Below are positions 61,301-64,000 of a stretch of DNA of 64,000 nt, in pieces. Positions within the stretch are counted from its first letter, which is position 1. Each line of letters starts with the position of its first letter. A program made the position numbers and the translations under genes. Under the pieces are notes generated by a model that worked only from the letters and a program-made list of their open reading frames with translations, did no database searches and was not told where the DNA came from. Source of the stretch: Amoebophrya sp. A120 (taxonomy: Eukaryota; Protista; Dinoflagellata); the NCBI GenBank assembly GCA_905178155.1, contig CAJINV010000009.1, positions 2,643,373 through 2,707,372 of the forward strand, in the 5' to 3' direction.

Positions 61301-64000
61301 CTAATTCGAAGGTTCGATCTCCAAAACCGGGTGGTAATACTTCTTGACGAACAAGTCCATAAACGTCACCAACTCCCGGAACAACGAACCAAACGAATCC
61401 AACTCGTTGTCAAAATCTACCCAATGCTGTTCGTTTTTTGTCACCTTCTCCACCCCGGGAATGCCCTTCAGCTTCACGAGGCAGGATATGGAAGCGTCAG
61501 GATTGAAATTGACAAAGTTGAAATAGTTTGTGATGCATAAAATGCAACCCACAAAGTGGCTGTCTTGCAGAATAGGCAAGGGAGGCAGATTCGAAGCCTG
61601 TTGAGGGGTAGAAATAGGGCTGCTAAAGTAGCATGACAAAAGGCGTCTTCCTTACCCAAACAGCATGACAAACTGGATTTCGGTTCTACCCAAATTTGTC
61701 ATGCGCCACTTGGAAACTGGGCCACGCCTGGCATCCATTTTATGCATGGCAAATCATTTCAACTTTGTCGATTTCAAACCTGACGCTTCCATACAGGAGT
61801 TTTTCATCAGAGGCACCCATCCGGTTAATATCCTGAGTAAAAACGTACCCACACCAGAGTCAAGATGGAAAATCTGCTAGACAAATCGGCCAACTTTGCT
61901 TGTTTCGCATGACAAATTTGGACGCGTAGTGTAGTGCTGTTTGAGCTAGTTCAGCAGCATTACAGATCTAGTCTCTCATGCTGATTGGAGCATGACAAAT
62001 TTCAAAACACCCTTAGAAAATGCTTCTCATGGGGCTCCGCATGACAAACATTTTAAGCATGCAGATTTGCATGACAACTATGGTGTGGGTACGTTTTTAC
62101 TCAGGATAGTTAACTTCACGTAGTTCTCCCGGTACCGGTCTCCGTCAGAATCGAAGTGTTTTTTACTGATCCCAAGGCGCTCAAAGTGCTCCAGTGTTTT
62201 CTCATCCTTGGCCTTCCGGGCGATTTTCGCGAGGTCATCCACGGAAAGACCGTTGATTGTAGTATTTCCCCCGCCTTTAGGATTAGGTGGAAACGACCCG
62301 GTCAAAGACGCAACTGCGGCCTTCTCCGCCGCGGCATTCTTCGCGTCAATCATTTTGGAAAAAGTCTCGAAGGAAGCGCCTGTTTCGCTGAACAGTTGGG
62401 ACTGCGGAATCGTGAATTGGCTCTTGACGATGGTGTGGTAGAGGTCTTTGTCGTTGATTTTTTCTGCGGTGGACAACGCGGCCAACGCGTTGTTGTAGTC
62501 GTTGACTAAAACTTCGTACTCCGGTTGGAACTGCGCCTTCACCCTCGCAAGGTCGTTATAATTTTCTGCGTTCATATCATGGTCGTCGTCGTCAAAATCG
62601 TCCTCTTCATCCTCTACTATCTCCACTTTATCAAACGCCTTCGAGTCCACCAGACTCAGCAATTCCATCGCTTTTAACAGCAAAAGCCCGGACCGGAGTT
62701 TGAAGTTCTTCATCAACCACTCCTTTTGCAGCTCCTGTTCGCTCGGGCTAGCGGTTGTTTTTCGGGTGTTGCGACCACGGCGGCGGGGGTCTTCAAGGAG
62801 ATCCTCCCCTCCGGTTGCCGTTGCGTTCGTTCCGACCACGAAGTATCAAATGCAAAAATGTCTGGGTGTGGAAGAGTGTAGACTTGTCATGCAGATCTTT
62901 CATGACCCATGAGGTCTGGAATGCAGAGCCTAGCATTACAGACTCTGTGAGGTCTCTGTCATGCCCCCAATCCACCATGAGGAACTCCCTCCCAACTTGA
63001 TCGAAAGTGGACAGCTTTTGGCACTCATGCAACACAGATTTTTGCATGATCATTCGGATTTAGCATGACAAGTTGCAATCTTCCAGACCCAGACATTTTT
63101 GCAATCCATACGAAGCACGGATCAACGACTTTCAATGGTTGTGTGCAGTCGTACAGCGTCTTGTTGTCCTTTAGCAATTCATACACTTCCTGTTGTTTCG
63201 TGACGCAATAGTTTAGGACAAAATGTGCCTTGTCTAAAGCGTCGTGGAACAAGTAGACGTTTTTGTAGAGAATCGTGTATTCCCTCGCTTTCTTCTCAGC
63301 TAAACTCGCTCCCACCGGGTTCTTTATGCTGTGCAAAAGTATCGCACTCGTATAATGAATGCATTACAAATTTCCTCAGCATGAGAAATGAAATTTGTAA
63401 TGCGGATGTATATTTGTAATGCATGACTGCAATACGAGTATGAAGGTCGCGCCCGGAGGGCGATATTGGTAACCAAATGCGTGCGCGAAAATCTAACCAG
63501 CGCGAAAGCCTAACCAGCCGCGCGGCGAAAACGCGGCCCTGCGGGCCGCGCTTTGGGGCTATTTGTTTTTGATTACAGTCCCACTACTTCTTCTTCAAGC
63601 CCCCTGCGTGAGAAACTGGCCCCCTGGCCAGGAAGGTATCTGGGTCATCGAGGGCTTCCGGATTCGCATTCAAAGCTTATCGGGGCCGCGGGGAAGTGGT
63701 GGAGCCCGCGGCGGCCCGCAGGCTCCTGCGATAAGCATCGCAGGCGAAATCCGGTCTGCTATTTCGCAGCGGGGCATCCTTTCTAGCCCCCTGCATGACA
63801 AACTGGCCCCCTGGCCAGGAAGGTATGTGCGAAACCACAAACCCGCGGACCCTGCTGGGCCACCAAAGTCGGGCATTTCAGACGCGGCGGAGGTCCCGAA
63901 TTGGTGCCCACAACCCAGAGCAAACGTGGATTTTGGGACATGCCTCCGCCCGCTTCTAATGCATTTTTTTTTCCCCAATCGCGATGGTATGGCGCAAGCG
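61301..64000 (-). CDS. Hypothetical protein, 3' part (5' end beyond window); at least 4 introners
   Basis: Exons 63111-63324, 62109-62843, 61794-61828 and 61301-61486 lie between elements; no family recognised. Confidence 0.6.
61487..61793. mobile_element. Introner family G
   Basis: TIR; DR CAGGA. Confidence 0.9.
61829..62108. mobile_element. Introner family F
   Basis: TIR; DR GTTAA. Confidence 0.9.
62844..63110. mobile_element. Introner family A
   Basis: TIR; DR CGAAG. Confidence 0.9.
63325..64000. mobile_element. Introner family B interrupted at 63439 by a nested TAT-starting GC-rich element (runs off window)
   Basis: Left TIR at 63325; right TIR broken after TACGAG by TATGAAGGTCGC. Confidence 0.7.

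Noticed and set aside
1-64000. Recurrent short ORFs with motifs such as FQTQT, MSGSG, KCKSVWVWK and CKSIVLV
   Set aside because: They are translations of introner TIRs, not a protein family.
1-64000. CRISPR-like interpretation of the recurring palindromic repeats
   Set aside because: Repeats are paired inverted termini with TSDs, irregularly spaced inside eukaryotic genes; no cas genes.
1-64000. Assignment of introners to a named DNA-transposon superfamily
   Set aside because: No transposase in the window, and TAT..ATA ends with a variable 5-bp TSD do not let me name a superfamily confidently.

Overview
This is eukaryotic nuclear DNA, most likely from a parasitic dinoflagellate of the Amoebophrya (Syndiniales) type. 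That assignment is inferred from the co-oriented genes, the invasive non-canonical introns and a relict dinoflagellate spliced leader. About nine protein genes lie on the minus strand: a >25 kb DEPDC5/IML1-like (GATOR1) gene, a flavodoxin/FMN-reductase-like gene, a FkbM methyltransferase, a membrane protein fusing a voltage-sensor-like domain to a class I cyclic-nucleotide phosphodiesterase, a GINS Psf2-like gene and several unknowns. The dominant feature is 72 hand-delimited MITE-like introner elements (usually 110-330 bp) in about 12 TIR families. Nearly all have TAT...ATA ends, terminal inverted repeats and a 5-bp flanking direct repeat, and they share an internal GCAT(G/T/C)ACA(A/G) motif. 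All 72 interrupt coding exons, and none was found in intergenic DNA. In every junction I checked, removing the element plus one direct-repeat copy restores the reading frame without GT-AG signals, whichever way the element is oriented. Several introners carry nested passengers, including a spliced-leader-headed, (TGA)n-tailed retroposon and a multi-layer palindromic element. Coordinates were read by eye and gene models are manual.
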